From the human T2T-CHM13v2.0 reference genome, Homo sapiens, in assembly GCF_009914755.1 (NCBI RefSeq), contig NC_060934.1: a stretch of 64,000 bases of DNA. One strand, 5' to 3'. Both the position numbers and the translations under genes were made by a program. Numbering within the stretch: position 1 is the stretch's first letter; every line of letters begins with the position of its first letter. Positions 62,801 through 64,000 of this stretch are shown here, one piece after another. The notes beneath the pieces were generated by a model. It searched no databases. It was not told the DNA's origin and worked only from the letters and a program-made list of their open reading frames with translations.

Positions 62801-64000
62801 AACTAGTTTGTGATGTGTGCCTTCAACTCACAGAGTTTAACCTTTCTTTTCATAGAGCAGTTCGGAAACATTCTATTTGTAAAGTCTGCAAGTGGATATT
62901 TGGACCTCTTTGAGGCCTTCGTTGGAAAAGGGATTTCTTCATATAACACTAGACAGAAGAATTCTCAGTCACTTCTTTGTGTTGTGTGTATTCAAGTCAC
63001 AGAGTTGAACCTTCCTTTAGACAGAGCCGTTTTGAAAAATTCTTACTGTGGAATTTGCAAGTGGAGATTTCAAGCGATTTGAGGCTAATCTTTGAAATGG
63101 AAATATCTTCGTGTAAAAACTACACAGAATCATTCTCAGAAACTGCTTTGTCATCTGTGCGCTCAGTTCACAGAGTTTCACCTTTCTCTTCATAGAGCAG
63201 TTTGGAAAGACTCTGTCTGTAAAGTCTGCAAGTGATTAGTTAGACCCCTTTGAGGCCTTCGTTGGAAGCGGGATTTCTCATTTACTGCTAGACAGAAGAA
63301 TTCTCAGTAAATCCTTTGTGTTGTGTGTATTCAACTCACAGAGTGGAACCTGCCTTTATTCAGAGCAGTTTTGAAACACTCTTTTTGTGGAATTTGCAAG
63401 TGGAGATTTTAAGCGATTTGACGCCAATCTTAGACATGGAAAAATCTTCATATTAAAAGTACACAGAGTCATTCGTAGAAACTAGTTTGTGATGTGTGCC
63501 TTCAACTCACAGAGTTTAACCTTTCTTTTCATAGAGCAGTTGGGAAACACTCTATTTGTAAAGTCTGCAAGTGGATATTTGGACCTCTTTGAGGCCTTCG
63601 TTGGAAACGGGATTTCTTCATATAACGCTAGACAGAAGAATTCTCAGTAACTTCTTTGTGTTGTGTGTATTCAACTCACAGAGTTGAACCTTTCTTTAGA
63701 GGGAGCAGAGGTGAAACAGTCTTTTTGTGGAATTTGCTAGTGTAGATTTCAAACGCTTCGAAGTCAGTGATAGAAAAGGATATATCTTCGTATTAAAAGT
63801 AGACAAAATCATTCTCAGAAAACTCTTTGTGATGTGTGTGTTCAACTCACAGAGTTTAAGCTTTCTTTAATCGAGCAGTTTGGAAATACACTCTTTGTAA
63901 GTCTGCAGGTGGATATTTGGCCCTCTTTGAGCCCTTCTTTGGAAACGGGATTTCCTCTTATAATGCTAGACAGAAGAATTCTCAGTAACTTCTCTGTGTT
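56846..64000 (+). repeat. Spaced duplication: 56846-59245 recurs at 62279-64000 (offset 5433, then 4755)
   Basis: ORF pairs 56871/62304 (5433) and 58222/62977 (4755). Shared SNVs: AATGCAAGA, GGAACTTTCC, AAACATTCTA, TTCTTACTG, GCGCTCAG, GGAAAAATC, TTAAGCTTT. Confidence 0.85.

Larger units (their letters stand above)
1..64000 (+). repeat. Alpha-satellite (alphoid) centromeric tandem array, SF1 dimeric type, HOR-organised; probably human chr10 D10Z1 (S1C10H1L)
   Basis: Continuous ~170-bp periodicity with alphoid motifs (CATTCTCAGAAAC, TTCAACTCACAGAGTT, TTTGAAACACTCT). GAATTC recurs every 338-340 bp (175, 853, 1193, 1532, 1872...) and a CENP-B box position occurs in every second monomer. The 8-mer basic unit has a single RsaI (GTAC, e.g. 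336-339) and PstI (CTGCAG, e.g. 780-785) site, plus 6-mer variants. Alpha satellite is certain; the chr10 assignment is inference (~0.7), and D12Z3 is another SF1 8-mer. Confidence 0.99.

Noticed and set aside
711-63195. Numerous 60-147 aa ORFs on the + strand (MNLPLER..., MCVQLTE..., MMCAFNS...)
   Set aside because: They are translations of satellite monomers that recur with the repeat period in overlapping frames. Most start at GTG/TTG, have no recognisable domain, and appear or vanish with single SNVs.
1-64000. CRISPR-like repeat/spacer array
   Set aside because: The sequence between conserved motifs is itself repeated. There are no unique spacers and no cas genes.
1-64000. Transposon insertion (Alu, L1, LTR) or inversion
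   Set aside because: I saw no non-alphoid segment, poly(A) tail or target-site duplication. All CENP-B boxes are on the + strand and dimer spacing stays within about 335-341 bp.
1-64000. Window is a simulated (GRCh38-style Markov model) centromere sequence
   Set aside because: Multi-kb duplications preserving long chains of linked private SNVs are not expected from a low-order monomer model, so a real long-read assembly is more likely. This is not proven without the source.

Overview
The whole 64 kb window is uninterrupted, head-to-tail primate (very probably human) centromeric alpha-satellite DNA in one orientation: about 376 monomers of ~170 bp, organised as ~188 dimers of 338-340 bp. This is suprachromosomal family 1 (SF1) architecture, with an EcoRI site and a CENP-B box position once per dimer. 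Four dimer classes, here named A, B, C and D and numbered from the EcoRI site, form a canonical 8-mer higher-order repeat (HOR) ABCD of ~1357 bp with one RsaI and one PstI site. That fits best with the chromosome 10 live array D10Z1/S1C10H1L, an inference not checked by alignment. I see no genes, RNA genes, transposon insertions or inversions, and all ORFs in the track are artefacts of the repeat. I found no evidence of a new gene-encoded system. The real interest is structural. The canonical 8-mer is a minority among 4-, 6-, 10- and 12-mer variants built with hybrid monomers. There are several nested recent duplications (~8.1-8.5 kb, 4072 bp, 6448 bp, 5433 bp) with readable breakpoints, dispersed re-use of variant lineages ~25 kb apart, and lineage-specific loss of CENP-B boxes. 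Coordinates were read by eye and may be off by a few bases.
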